A stretch of DNA of 64,000 nucleotides from an uncultured Clostridia bacterium (GTDB lineage Bacteria > Bacillota > Clostridia > Christensenellales > UBA1242). The stretch is taken from contig CALWEQ010000009.1 of NCBI GenBank assembly GCA_944377365.1, positions 15,137-79,136 on the forward strand, written 5' to 3'. This document shows positions 36,632 through 45,812 of the stretch, piece after piece; position 1 is the stretch's first letter, and the number at the start of each line of letters is the position of its first letter. A model generated the notes under the pieces. It had not been told where the DNA came from. It worked only from the letters and a program-made list of their open reading frames with translations, and searched no databases. The translations under genes and the position numbers were made by a program.

Positions 36632-37809
36632 ATATACTTCTCCTGAATTACATCTATTCCTGGAAGGTCTTCTCCACTCATCAGCTTCAACGAAGCTCCT
36701 CCACCTGTTGAGATGTGATTTATAAGTTTGTCACATTTGGCTTGTTTAACTGCACTGACGCTGTCTCCTCCGCCTACTATGCTGTATGCCTTTGACTTGG
36801 CAATTGCTTTTGCAATCTTAAATGTCCCCGCTTTAAACTTCTCATCTTCATATTTCCCTAAAGGCCCATTCCAAACTATTTGCCTTGCCCTGCCGATTTC
36901 CTCCTCAAACAAGTTAATGGTTTTAGGGCCAATATCAGCTCCTACCATATCCCCCGACAAAACCTCTGTTTGAAAAGGCTTCATCTTTTTGTCACTAAGA
37001 TTATACGCAATATGGTCAATTGGTAACACAATTCTTTTCCCCATGGTCTTTAATTCATCTAAAATCTGTGATGCACTACTAACGCTTTCTGCGTTTATAA
37101 GACTCTGACCGATCGTGTGCCCTTGCGCAACTAAAAATGAGTATGCCATAGCTCCGCCGACCAAAATTGAATCTGCAACTTTTGCAATATTTAAAATTAC
37201 TTTTATTTTGTCCTGGACCTTAGCTCCACCAAAAATAGCAACAAAAGGTTTTTTAGGGTTTTTTATGGCTTCCTCAATGGTGTTTATTTCGTTTTCCATC
37301 AAAAACCCTATTGCATTTGGCAAAAGCCTTGCAACACCAAAAGTCGAAGCATGCTTTCTGTGTGCTACACCAAACGCGTCGTTGACATAAATATCTGCAA
37401 GTGACGCTAGATGCTTTGCAAATTCGGGATCGTTTTCAGTTTCTTCTTTGTAAAACCTTACATTTTCCAAAAGTAGTATCGAACCGTTGCTCATACTTTC
37501 TACTTGTTTGGCAACTTCATCACCTATAACTTTGTGTGCGAACTGAACTTTTCCAGGGAAATATTTCATAAGAATCAAAGCAACTGGCCATAACGAAAGT
37601 CTGAATTCAAACCCCTTTGGTCTGCCTAAATGTGAACATATAATGACTTTTGCTCCTCTTTCGACCAAATAACGAATTGTTGGAAGCTCACTCACAACTC
37701 TAGTCGTATCGGTTATTTTCCCAACCTTGTTCATAGGCAGGTTGAAGTCGGCTCTCAACAAAACCCTTTTTCCTTCTAGCCCCACCAAATCTCTGATACT
37801 TCTTTTCAT
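36628..37809 (-). CDS. pgk: phosphoglycerate kinase
   Basis: RADFNLPM..., SHLGRPKG, FGGAKVQDKI, STGGGASL. 4-nt overlap with tpiA. Confidence 0.97.
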   Translation of the reverse strand: MKRSIRDLVGLEGKRVLLRADFNLPMNKVGKITDTTRVVSELPTIRYLVERGAKVIICSHLGRPKGFEFRLSLWPVALILMKYFPGKVQFAHKVIGDEVAKQVESMSNGSILLLENVRFYKEETENDPEFAKHLASLADIYVNDAFGVAHRKHASTFGVARLLPNAIGFLMENEINTIEEAIKNPKKPFVAIFGGAKVQDKIKVILNIAKVADSILVGGAMAYSFLVAQGHTIGQSLINAESVSSASQILDELKTMGKRIVLPIDHIAYNLSDKKMKPFQTEVLSGDMVGADIGPKTINLFEEEIGRARQIVWNGPLGKYEDEKFKAGTFKIAKAIAKSKAYSIVGGGDSVSAVKQAKCDKLINHISTGGGASLKLMSGEDLPGIDVIQEKYI

Positions 37810-37818
37810 CTTTCCTCC

Positions 37819-38778
37819 TCAACCTATAGGCATTTTACTACTTTTTTTAGATATATCAAAATGTTTAAACTCCGCTTTTAATATTTTCAAACTTTCATCA
37901 ATGCTCTGACTTGTAGAAAGAAATTTTTTTGTTTCAGATTTTGCTCCAAATGTGTTGGCATAAGCAAGAAAATGTTTTCTAATATAAAGCGACAGCCATT
38001 TTTCAGGATAATTTTCTCTTAAAATGTCAATGTGCAGTTTTATTAAATCAAAAGCATTTTCGGTGGGATTGAAACTAAGCTCAGAAAAAATCCATGGTTT
38101 GCCTATGGCACCCCTGCCTATCATAACACCGTCTATGTTTGTAGAAAGCATTTTCTTGTAAGAAGCAAAATCTTTTACATCACCATTTCCAATAACTGGG
38201 ATAGATGAAATGCTTTTGGCTGTTGCTATCGCCTCCAGATCCACATCGCCCGAATACCCTTGTGCTTTTGTCCTTCCATGAACAGTAATAAAATCTGCTC
38301 CACCATCCTCACAAGCACGAACTATGTTTACTATGTTGTTTTCATCATAACCTATTCGCACCTTTGCTGAAACTGGTTTGGTAGTAGACTTTTTTACTTC
38401 AAAAATGATTTTAGAAAGAAGAGTTAAATCTTTTAAAAGAGCCGACCCATCTCCGTTTTTTACAATTTTAGGAGCAGGGCAACCAAAATTTATGTCGACC
38501 CCATCAAACAGGCTTAATGCTTCATTGTTTACTGCTTCTGCCATACTCACGGTGTCATGTCCAAAAATTTGTGCTATTTTAAATTTTTCATATGGATGCA
38601 CTATAGTCATATCTTTAGTTTTTTTAGAATCGTATTTTAAAGCTTGCGCAGAAAGCATTTCTGAAAACGTGATTTCAGCCCCTTGCAAAGCACAAACGGC
38701 GCGAAAACCAACGTCACTAAAACCTGCAAGTGGCGCCAACAAAAGATTGTTTTTAAAATTTTTTCCTGCTATTAGCAC
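37819..38778 (-). CDS. dus: tRNA-dihydrouridine synthase
   Basis: LAPLAGFSDVGFR, DINFGCPAPKI, SAKVRIG, ITVHGRT, IGNGD. Confidence 0.9.
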   Translation of the reverse strand: MLIAGKNFKNNLLLAPLAGFSDVGFRAVCALQGAEITFSEMLSAQALKYDSKKTKDMTIVHPYEKFKIAQIFGHDTVSMAEAVNNEALSLFDGVDINFGCPAPKIVKNGDGSALLKDLTLLSKIIFEVKKSTTKPVSAKVRIGYDENNIVNIVRACEDGGADFITVHGRTKAQGYSGDVDLEAIATAKSISSIPVIGNGDVKDFASYKKMLSTNIDGVMIGRGAIGKPWIFSELSFNPTENAFDLIKLHIDILRENYPEKWLSLYIRKHFLAYANTFGAKSETKKFLSTSQSIDESLKILKAEFKHFDISKKSSKMPIG

Positions 38779-38814
38779 ATATTTATTTTAACAAACTTCG
38801 CATTGTTTTCAAAC

Positions 38815-39087
38815 TTAAATTATACTTTTTTTCAAATTGTTGCTAATTTTAAATGCGACAAGTTTTCTTTTATCAACGCTGTACTTTCGTCCCGTTTTAG
38901 GATTTTTCATTTGTCGCGCAGGCATGCTTTTAATGTAAAACTTTCCTATTCTATTTAGCGAAATTTCTTCTCCTTTTTTTAACGCGTCAAAGATCAAAAA
39001 ATTAAGACCTTCAACCACTTTTTTACATTTAGAAATGTTTACGTTTGTAATTTTACTTAAATTTTCAATTAGTTGAGTTTTGTTCAT
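38815..39087 (-). CDS. HU/IHF-family DNA-binding protein (second paralog)
   Basis: MNKTQLIENLSK...IGKFYIKSMPARQMKNPKTGRKYSVDKRKLVAFKISNNLK has the HU fold with the R-x-x-x-N-P arm. Confidence 0.85.
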   Translation of the reverse strand: MNKTQLIENLSKITNVNISKCKKVVEGLNFLIFDALKKGEEISLNRIGKFYIKSMPARQMKNPKTGRKYSVDKRKLVAFKISNNLKKSII

Positions 39088-40606
39088 TTTTGCCCCCTTC
39101 TATCTTTTTGGCAAAAAACTCTTTAAATATTCCTGCTAAAATAGGAAGAGTAAAAAATAAATAGACTAGCGCCCCCAATAAAACCGAAAAGACAATTTGC
39201 AGTAACAGCGAAAGTTGAAAATGCATATTAAATAAGTTTAAAACAAGTGCCATTGCAAAAGAGGAAAGAAGTGGCAAAGCCAAATCAAAAACATGAACTG
39301 AAATTTTTCGCTTGTTTTTGATTAAAGCAAGTATGCATACAATCGAAGACAAAGCAATATTTCCAAGCGTGACCCCAAAAATATTGACCGAAGGCACAGC
39401 ACACAATATCGCCACACACACAACCTTTACGATTCCCCCTAAAAAATATGAAACCATTATATAAGTCCATTCTCCCTTTGCTTGCAAGAGTGTTACAAAA
39501 AATTGGGTCAAGGCAGTAATTATTGTTGAAATTACCCCTAAATATGTCAAATTTACAGCTACCGAAAGCATATGCGAATCTAAAGAAGGATAAACTAGCG
39601 CATATAATGGCTTGCAAATGCACGCTATACCTACAGAAAGAGGCAACAAAACAAACCATAATATTTTTAAAGCTTGTGAAATAGATCTCTCTGCGTCTTG
39701 CGAAAGTTTTGCATCTAAATATGAAATCGATGGTAAAATGGCTACCGACAAAGAGGTTGATAAGATCAATGGAAAGTTTAAAATAGCGCCCACAATTCCT
39801 GCCTGCACGCCAAAAAGTGATGTCGCGACTGTTTGCTCTATGCCCGCCATTTTTAATCTTGAAACAACAATAAAAGAGTCAACTGCTGACGACAGAGGCA
39901 AAACGGACGCGCCAATTGATAGAGGCACAACAGCTTTGATAAAAGTAGAAGATGAAAATTTTTGCTTTTCGGAAGCAAAATGCGATTTTATTTTCATATA
40001 TATTGCAAGATAGCCAATTGCGATTACTTCTCCACTGCACACCCCTAAAAAAGCGCCTAGCACACCTGACTTTAAAGAAGATGAAGAAAACATTTGTGCA
40101 AAAAAGAGCCCCAAAGCAAATTTAAAAGACTGTTCGATAATTTGACTTACTGCTGTTGGAGTCATATTTTCATAACCCTGAAAAATACCTCTCATGGTAG
40201 CAACAACTCCACCGAATGGGATTAAAAGAATCATAATCCTATAAGAATCTATGGCTTGTGCTATTCCCTGCGCTTTTGATATAGGAACTGCTAGAACAAA
40301 CAATATTCCACCAGCTATAATGCCGAGTAAGATCGCGTAAGAAAGGGCAGTTTTGAACAGAGAGCTGACTTTGGCATAATCAGATCTTGCCCTCGCTTGA
40401 GAAACATATTTCGAAAGCACCGAACTTATCCCTCCACTTGTAAATACTAACGCAAACGAATATACCGCCATTACCATTTGGAATATTCCAATACCCTCGA
40501 TGCCAAGTATGTTGGTGAGTGGCAAACGAAAAAGTGCTCCTAGCAACTTGCACACTAGTCCACTGACTATTAAAACAAATGATCCCTTTACAACACTTTT
40601 TTTCAT
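39065..40606 (-). CDS. MOP-superfamily flippase (MurJ/SpoVB-like)
   Basis: About 14 TM helices. N-terminus KGSFVLIVSGLVCKLLGALFRLPLTNILGIEGIG is typical of SpoVB/polysaccharide-biosynthesis flippases. Start at ATG 40606. Confidence 0.8.
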   Translation of the reverse strand: MKKSVVKGSFVLIVSGLVCKLLGALFRLPLTNILGIEGIGIFQMVMAVYSFALVFTSGGISSVLSKYVSQARARSDYAKVSSLFKTALSYAILLGIIAGGILFVLAVPISKAQGIAQAIDSYRIMILLIPFGGVVATMRGIFQGYENMTPTAVSQIIEQSFKFALGLFFAQMFSSSSLKSGVLGAFLGVCSGEVIAIGYLAIYMKIKSHFASEKQKFSSSTFIKAVVPLSIGASVLPLSSAVDSFIVVSRLKMAGIEQTVATSLFGVQAGIVGAILNFPLILSTSLSVAILPSISYLDAKLSQDAERSISQALKILWFVLLPLSVGIACICKPLYALVYPSLDSHMLSVAVNLTYLGVISTIITALTQFFVTLLQAKGEWTYIMVSYFLGGIVKVVCVAILCAVPSVNIFGVTLGNIALSSIVCILALIKNKRKISVHVFDLALPLLSSFAMALVLNLFNMHFQLSLLLQIVFSVLLGALVYLFFTLPILAGIFKEFFAKKIEGGKNEQNSTN

Positions 40607-40699
40607 AAAAATATTTTGTTGCAAACAAAAAAAGTTATACAAAGGGTATTTACAAATCAAAATTTATATGTTATAATTGCTTAACTGTTAGGAGGAAGC

Positions 40700-41236
40700 A
40701 TGAACTTTATAAAAGATCTTAAACAAGACACCCAGTTGACACCAGAACTCATACGCCAAGAAAAACTTCTTAGCTTGATCTCTCTAAAAATTATGAAGTA
40801 TATCTATTCAAAACATAAAAATGGAGAAATTCGCCAAGCATATGAAAGTTATCTTGTCGATGAAGCACAAACGCTGTTTGCAGAGCCTTCGGTTGAAGAG
40901 CAAAGAGTTAAAAACTTTATAAAAAATTTTGACAAGCATTTTGACGAATATGAAAACGTGCCTTGCTTTAGCATATTGAAAGGTTTTAACAATTCAAAAG
41001 AAAACGCAACAGACAGCTATTTGGACAGCTCAAAAGAAACAAGAACTTTTGATTTGCGCTCCTACATGAACATGCTTTCCGACAAAAATGGCAACTTAAA
41101 ATCTTCTCGCGAACTTGAAGCTTTGCCAAAAGAAACAACTTTACAAATGGCAGATTCAATATTGTCGTTTGCAAAAATTGCTGACGATTGCGCTGTAAGG
41201 TCTGGAAGTGGTTTCGGTCTAGGGTTGTCTAGATAA
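40700..41236 (+). CDS. hypothetical protein
   Basis: 178-aa ORF with SD taggaggaagc before the ATG. No motif recognised. Confidence 0.55.
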   Translation: MNFIKDLKQDTQLTPELIRQEKLLSLISLKIMKYIYSKHKNGEIRQAYESYLVDEAQTLFAEPSVEEQRVKNFIKNFDKHFDEYENVPCFSILKGFNNSKENATDSYLDSSKETRTFDLRSYMNMLSDKNGNLKSSRELEALPKETTLQMADSILSFAKIADDCAVRSGSGFGLGLSR

Positions 41237-41267
41237 CAATCAATCTAACGTAAAAAAATTACAAAAT

Positions 41268-41297
41268 AAAAGCTTAGGATTTTTCCTAAGCTTTTTC
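41268..41297. terminator. bidirectional intrinsic terminator
   Basis: aaAGCTTAGGatttttCCTAAGCTttttt between convergent genes. Confidence 0.8.
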
Positions 41298-41391
41298 TGT
41301 TTAATCATTTATTTTTTTATTAAAGACTCAACATCTTTTACAAAATATTTTATTAGCCCAATATTAATCCGACTTTAATTTAATCATAAAA

Positions 41392-42534
41392 CTATCTAGT
41401 CATATCTTGAATTAACGACGCCTCTTTTTTTGTTTGATCGTATGCTTCCCTCATAAGCAAATTCGCGACGTTTTTTGATTGTTTTATCGATGCTTCTTTT
41501 GGATTTTTGCTCGCATAAATACCGTTAGATAAAGTTTGATTTTTTGTTTGTGACTTGTTTTTTGGTAGTCCTAAAAAGACCTGCGGTTTTTCTTTCTTTT
41601 TGGCTTTATCTTTTTTAGATTTTTGTGGTTTGTATTTGTAAGGAGCATTTGTTTTAGGAGGTTTGTAAGAAGGTGCCTTCGCTTTCTTCGCCGAAGATTT
41701 AGCTGTTTCAACTGTTTTTGTTTGTGGCTTTTTCATTTTTGCACTTTCGTCAAAAATCTCTATATCTCTCACATACCCTTTGGCAGACTTAGCAATTTCC
41801 TTGTTTTTTTCAAAAAAAGTTACAAACTTGCCATCTTTTAAAAGATGATCTTCAAAAAAGTGTTTAAGCCTAAGATGAATAAATTGCTTTTCAGGTTTTA
41901 ACTTTTCAATTTCATATTGTTGAAGCAGAAGTTCTAACAATTTCTTTTCTTCCTCTCCACCCTTTTTAAGTTTTTCGATTATATCAAGCATCAAATATTG
42001 CGCTTCTATTTCATAAAGATAACTCGATTGTTTAAACTGCTCTTCACTTTTCGTCAACTCTTGTTTTATCACATCGGTGTCGTCATTTTCAAGTTGCTCG
42101 ATTTCTTCCACTAAATTAAAAACCGTTTTCGTGCGACTAATAAAGTCCTTGTCGTTTTCTGACACATATTGTGCTATAAAAGAATTGAGTTGACGATCGT
42201 CATTAAACTGCTCATCAAAGTATAAATTTGCTATGGCGTCTTTGCCTGCCACCCAGGTGTTTATGCGAAAACTTAAAACGACAGAACCTATTGTGACTTG
42301 TGCAAAAAACGATGTTTCATCTCCACTAACTATCAATTTTTTAATTTTGACAAGTGCCTTTTTAATCTCAGGCGAAAAAACATATTTTCCATCTGCTGTA
42401 AACTGGCCAAGAAGTTTCTGTTTGTTTTTAATTTCTAAAATTCGAAGTTTGTAATAAGAGATCAAATCTTTATCTTCAATCACTTCATCATTTTCAAAAA
42501 TCTTAAACGTCTCCTTTGCTTTTGTTTCTTCCAT
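41392..42534 (-). CDS. hypothetical protein with very basic Lys/Pro-rich C-terminal region
   Basis: 380-aa ORF with a structured N-terminal ~250 aa, followed by KKPQTKTVETAKSSAKKAKAPSYKPPKTNAPYKYKPQKSKKDKAKKKEKPQ. Confidence 0.55.
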   Translation of the reverse strand: MEETKAKETFKIFENDEVIEDKDLISYYKLRILEIKNKQKLLGQFTADGKYVFSPEIKKALVKIKKLIVSGDETSFFAQVTIGSVVLSFRINTWVAGKDAIANLYFDEQFNDDRQLNSFIAQYVSENDKDFISRTKTVFNLVEEIEQLENDDTDVIKQELTKSEEQFKQSSYLYEIEAQYLMLDIIEKLKKGGEEEKKLLELLLQQYEIEKLKPEKQFIHLRLKHFFEDHLLKDGKFVTFFEKNKEIAKSAKGYVRDIEIFDESAKMKKPQTKTVETAKSSAKKAKAPSYKPPKTNAPYKYKPQKSKKDKAKKKEKPQVFLGLPKNKSQTKNQTLSNGIYASKNPKEASIKQSKNVANLLMREAYDQTKKEASLIQDMTR

Positions 42535-42597
42535 ATTTTATCCTCTGCAATAATTATATTATATTTAAATTAAAATTGCAAGAGTTTTTTGCTTAGC

Positions 42598-42909
42598 CTA
42601 TTCTTCGAGAAAGGTAAGGCAACTCGGCTTTAATCTGTAATCATTCATGGTGATGCCATTGGCGACACATATGCCTCCATGGTTCATAAGACACTTTGCA
42701 TTACATTTAATTTCTACTGCCTTTGAATCTCTCATTGGCGCAAAATACGGCGTTTTCTCGAACAAATTTTTTGTAGTGTCGATTTCTTTTTTCTCTGAGC
42801 CATAAACATACGTCTTGCAAATCGCCGTCTTTGTTACTGAAAGACTTTTTGCCCTACAAGTGAAGTGATCGTTAAATTTACAATTTAATTTTCTGCACCT
42901 TATATCCAA
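42598..42909 (-). CDS. DUF1540 domain protein (Cys-rich)
   Basis: Two C-x-x-x-x-C-x-A..I repeats ([21 protein letters not shown]; [22 protein letters not shown]). TTG start after SD gggag. Confidence 0.65.
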   Translation of the reverse strand: MDIRCRKLNCKFNDHFTCRAKSLSVTKTAICKTYVYGSEKKEIDTTKNLFEKTPYFAPMRDSKAVEIKCNAKCLMNHGGICVANGITMNDYRLKPSCLTFLEE

Positions 42910-42990
42910 CTTTTTTCTCCCAAACTTTTATTGACCAAACGTTTGACAATTAATCAAAGAAAATGTAAAATTTTGAATGAGGAGAATTCA

Positions 42991-43431
42991 ATGAAAGTTA
43001 TTTTATTAGCCGATGTTAGAGGCTGTGGAAAAAAGGGAGAAATAAAGGAAGTCGCAAACGGATATGCGCAAAATTTTTTGATAAAAAACGGACTAGCAAA
43101 AATAGCCGACAATTCATCTTTGTCGCATCAAAAACAGATTGAAAGCGCAAACAAATTTCACCGCGCGCAAGAACTTGAACAAGCGATGGCACTTGCAAAA
43201 CAAATGCAAAATTTACAGCTTAATTTTAGTTTAAAGGTTGGAGAGAATGGAAAAACTTTTGGCTCAATTACAAGCAAAGAAATAGCTGAAAAGCTTGCCG
43301 AAATGGGTTACAAAATCGACAAGAAAAAAATAATTGCCGAACCAATAAAATCAGCAGGCAAATATAACATATTAATCAAACTTCACTGCGATGTGACAAC
43401 AAAAATAACAGTCGTCGTGGAGGCATTATGA
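42991..43431 (+). CDS. rplI: 50S ribosomal protein L9
   Basis: [38 protein letters not shown] gaggag lies upstream. The TGA stop overlaps the next ATG. Confidence 0.95.
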   Translation: MKVILLADVRGCGKKGEIKEVANGYAQNFLIKNGLAKIADNSSLSHQKQIESANKFHRAQELEQAMALAKQMQNLQLNFSLKVGENGKTFGSITSKEIAEKLAEMGYKIDKKKIIAEPIKSAGKYNILIKLHCDVTTKITVVVEAL

Positions 43432-44552
43432 AAGCATTAATTTTTACAATGACCTGCGGAGAAGGGCATAATATGATGGCAAAATCGCTTTCACAAGCAT
43501 TTAACGAAAAAGGTGTAGAAAATATAATAGTTCAAACACACGGATACAATCAAAAAAGATTGGATAGAGAAAACAAAATGTTTTTGTGGGCTTGTAAACA
43601 TATTCCGAATCTTTACGATTTTGTTTGGAATAAACTTAGAAAAAAAAATAAGCCAATGCAAAAACTACCTTACTATGTAAAGGATTGTGTAGATTATTTT
43701 AATAAAAAAATTAAAGAATATGAACCTGATATTATCGTCTGCACACATTTTTACGCTAGCAGTGTTTTAACATATATGAAAAATGAAAACTTACTAAACA
43801 ATAAAGTAATTACCAGCACTATACTGGTTGATTTTTGTTTAGCGCCTTACTGGGAACATTCCGTAGGTGTTAATTATGTGTTTCAGCCATATACAAACAC
43901 AACAAACGAATTAATTGAAAAAGGGTTTAACGAAAATCAAATAATTACCACAGGTCTGCCAATTCGACAAGAATTTTTTAATGAAAGAAAAAAAACGATT
44001 GATTTTAAGAAAGCACTACATTTAAACGATCTTTTTACCATTTTAATTATAGGTGGAGGCAACGGCTTAGGAAATACCTTAAAGCTTTTAAAATCTATCC
44101 TAAAAAAGAATTTAAACATTCAAATAATTGTTATAAACGGAAAAAATGTGAAGAATTGTAAAAAAATATCTAATTATATTGAGAAAAACAAAATTACAAA
44201 TATCGTTAACTTGGGTTTTGTTGATAACGTAGATGAATACATGCGTGCTTCTGATTTATTAATCTGTAGATGTGGTAGTAGTGTTTTATCAGAGGCAGTT
44301 TGTTTAGGCAAACCTTTTATTGCTCGTGAAAAAATGATATTAAATGAAAAAATTAACAAAAAATTTTTTATTAATGAAGGCTGTGCGTTAGGCTTGAACA
44401 AAATTACAGAAGCTGGAGAAAAAATAAAATTTGTTTTAGAAAATCCTATAGTTTATAAAAATATGCAAAATAATATCAAAAAAATGCAACGAAAAAATCC
44501 TTCAAAAATTATTGTCGATTTTTTAATTGACAAAGTAGAAAAAGTAAAGTAA
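43428..44552 (+). CDS. GT28-family glycolipid glycosyltransferase (UgtP / MGDG-synthase-like)
   Basis: N-terminus [14 protein letters not shown] is MGDG_synth-like. The C-terminal GT-B region reads IGGGNGLG...[25 protein letters not shown]. Confidence 0.7.
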   Translation: MKALIFTMTCGEGHNMMAKSLSQAFNEKGVENIIVQTHGYNQKRLDRENKMFLWACKHIPNLYDFVWNKLRKKNKPMQKLPYYVKDCVDYFNKKIKEYEPDIIVCTHFYASSVLTYMKNENLLNNKVITSTILVDFCLAPYWEHSVGVNYVFQPYTNTTNELIEKGFNENQIITTGLPIRQEFFNERKKTIDFKKALHLNDLFTILIIGGGNGLGNTLKLLKSILKKNLNIQIIVINGKNVKNCKKISNYIEKNKITNIVNLGFVDNVDEYMRASDLLICRCGSSVLSEAVCLGKPFIAREKMILNEKINKKFFINEGCALGLNKITEAGEKIKFVLENPIVYKNMQNNIKKMQRKNPSKIIVDFLIDKVEKVK

Positions 44553-44562
44553 AAATACAAAC

Positions 44563-44597
44563 AAAAAAATGAAAATCTATGATTTTCATTTTTTTTA
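44563..44597. terminator. bidirectional intrinsic terminator
   Basis: aaaaaaATGAAAATCtatGATTTTCATtttttttt between convergent genes. Confidence 0.8.
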
Positions 44598-44715
44598 TTA
44601 TTTATTTTTTATTATTTATTTTTTATTATTTATTTTTATTTTTTATTTTTTTAACCTTTTTTTAATATTTTTTAACTTTTTTTAATATTTTTTAATATTT
44701 TTTAATTTTTTTATT
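44597..44715. repeat. AT-only short tandem repeats
   Basis: ATTATTTATTTTTT x3 (44597-44638), then reiterated TTTTTTAA(T/C)(A/T)TT units up to about 44715. Confidence 0.8.
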
Positions 44716-44723
44716 TTCTTTTA

Positions 44724-45812
44724 TTAAACATCACTCTGTTCCAATTTTTCAGTTCTGTCTTTTATTATCAATGCGTCTATAAATTCGTCTATGTTGCCGT
44801 TTAAAACTCCCTCTAAATCATATGATGAAATATTCACCCTATGATCTGTAACTCTGCCTTGTGGATAATTATATGTCCTAACACGCTCACTCCTGTCACC
44901 TGTGCCAACCTGCGATTTTCTATTAGCTTTTTGCTCATTTTCAAGTTGCGATTGATAGAGGTCGTGTATTTTGCTTTGCAATATTCTCATCGCTTTTTCA
45001 CGATTTTTAATTTGACTACGTTCGTCTTGACAAGCCACAACAATTCCTGTTGGCAAATGTGTTATTCTTATCGCAGAGTCGGTTTTGTTTATATGCTGTC
45101 CGCCAGCACCACTCGCGCGATATGTATCAATCTTTAAATCGCTGTCCAAAATGTCAAAATCGACATTGTCCATTTCAGGCAATACCGCAACAGTTACAGT
45201 GGATGTATGAACCCTGCCCTGAGATTCCGTCTCCGGCACACGTTGAACACGGTGAACGCCTGCTTCATATTTTAGTCTGCTGTAAGCACCTTTGCCCTTT
45301 ACAACAAATGTTACTTCCTTTATCCCACCGAGTTCTGTTTCATTAATATCCATTATCTCAACTTTCCAATGATGTAAATCAGCGTAATATGAATACATTC
45401 TTAAAAGTTCAGTTGCGAAAAGCGAGGACTCCTCACCGCCAGCAGCACCACGTATTTCCATAATAATATTTTTCTCATCGTTTTCATCTTTTGGAAGAAG
45501 CATAATCTTTATCTCATCACAAAGGGATTCGATTTTTTGTTCAAGATCCGATTTCTCATCTTCAAAAAGTTTTTTAAGTTCGGCATCATTTTCTTTTTTA
45601 ATTTCGCTTTCGCAGTCCCTTTTTTGTGAAATTAGATTTTCAAGTTTATAGGATGCATTCGCTAGTTCTTCAAGTGAAGCATGTTCCTTCGCCAATTTTT
45701 GCCATGACCTGTTATCTGCAATAATAGAAGGATCAGAGATCTTTTTTGCGAGTTCCTCACTTCTTTCTCTGATTTTTAACGTCTTATTAAGTATTTCTTC
45801 TGCGTTTGTCAT
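44724..45812 (-). CDS. prfA: peptide chain release factor 1
   Basis: RASGAGGQHINKTDSAIRITHLPTG (GGQ), PETESQGRVHTS (PxT-type region). Confidence 0.97.
   Translation of the reverse strand: MTNAEEILNKTLKIRERSEELAKKISDPSIIADNRSWQKLAKEHASLEELANASYKLENLISQKRDCESEIKKENDAELKKLFEDEKSDLEQKIESLCDEIKIMLLPKDENDEKNIIMEIRGAAGGEESSLFATELLRMYSYYADLHHWKVEIMDINETELGGIKEVTFVVKGKGAYSRLKYEAGVHRVQRVPETESQGRVHTSTVTVAVLPEMDNVDFDILDSDLKIDTYRASGAGGQHINKTDSAIRITHLPTGIVVACQDERSQIKNREKAMRILQSKIHDLYQSQLENEQKANRKSQVGTGDRSERVRTYNYPQGRVTDHRVNISSYDLEGVLNGNIDEFIDALIIKDRTEKLEQSDV

Noticed and set aside
43428-43431. Possibility of genetic code 4 (TGA=Trp), given the Mollicutes-like AT richness.
   Set aside because: Conserved genes terminate at TGA at the expected length, for example rplI with its ATGA overlap, and Trp positions use TGG. 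The standard code 11 fits.
44597-44715. AT-only tandem repeats between the convergent GT28 gene and prfA.
   Set aside because: This is pure low-complexity T/A reiteration after a bidirectional terminator. It has no coding or structural potential that I can defend. It is recorded only as a repeat feature.
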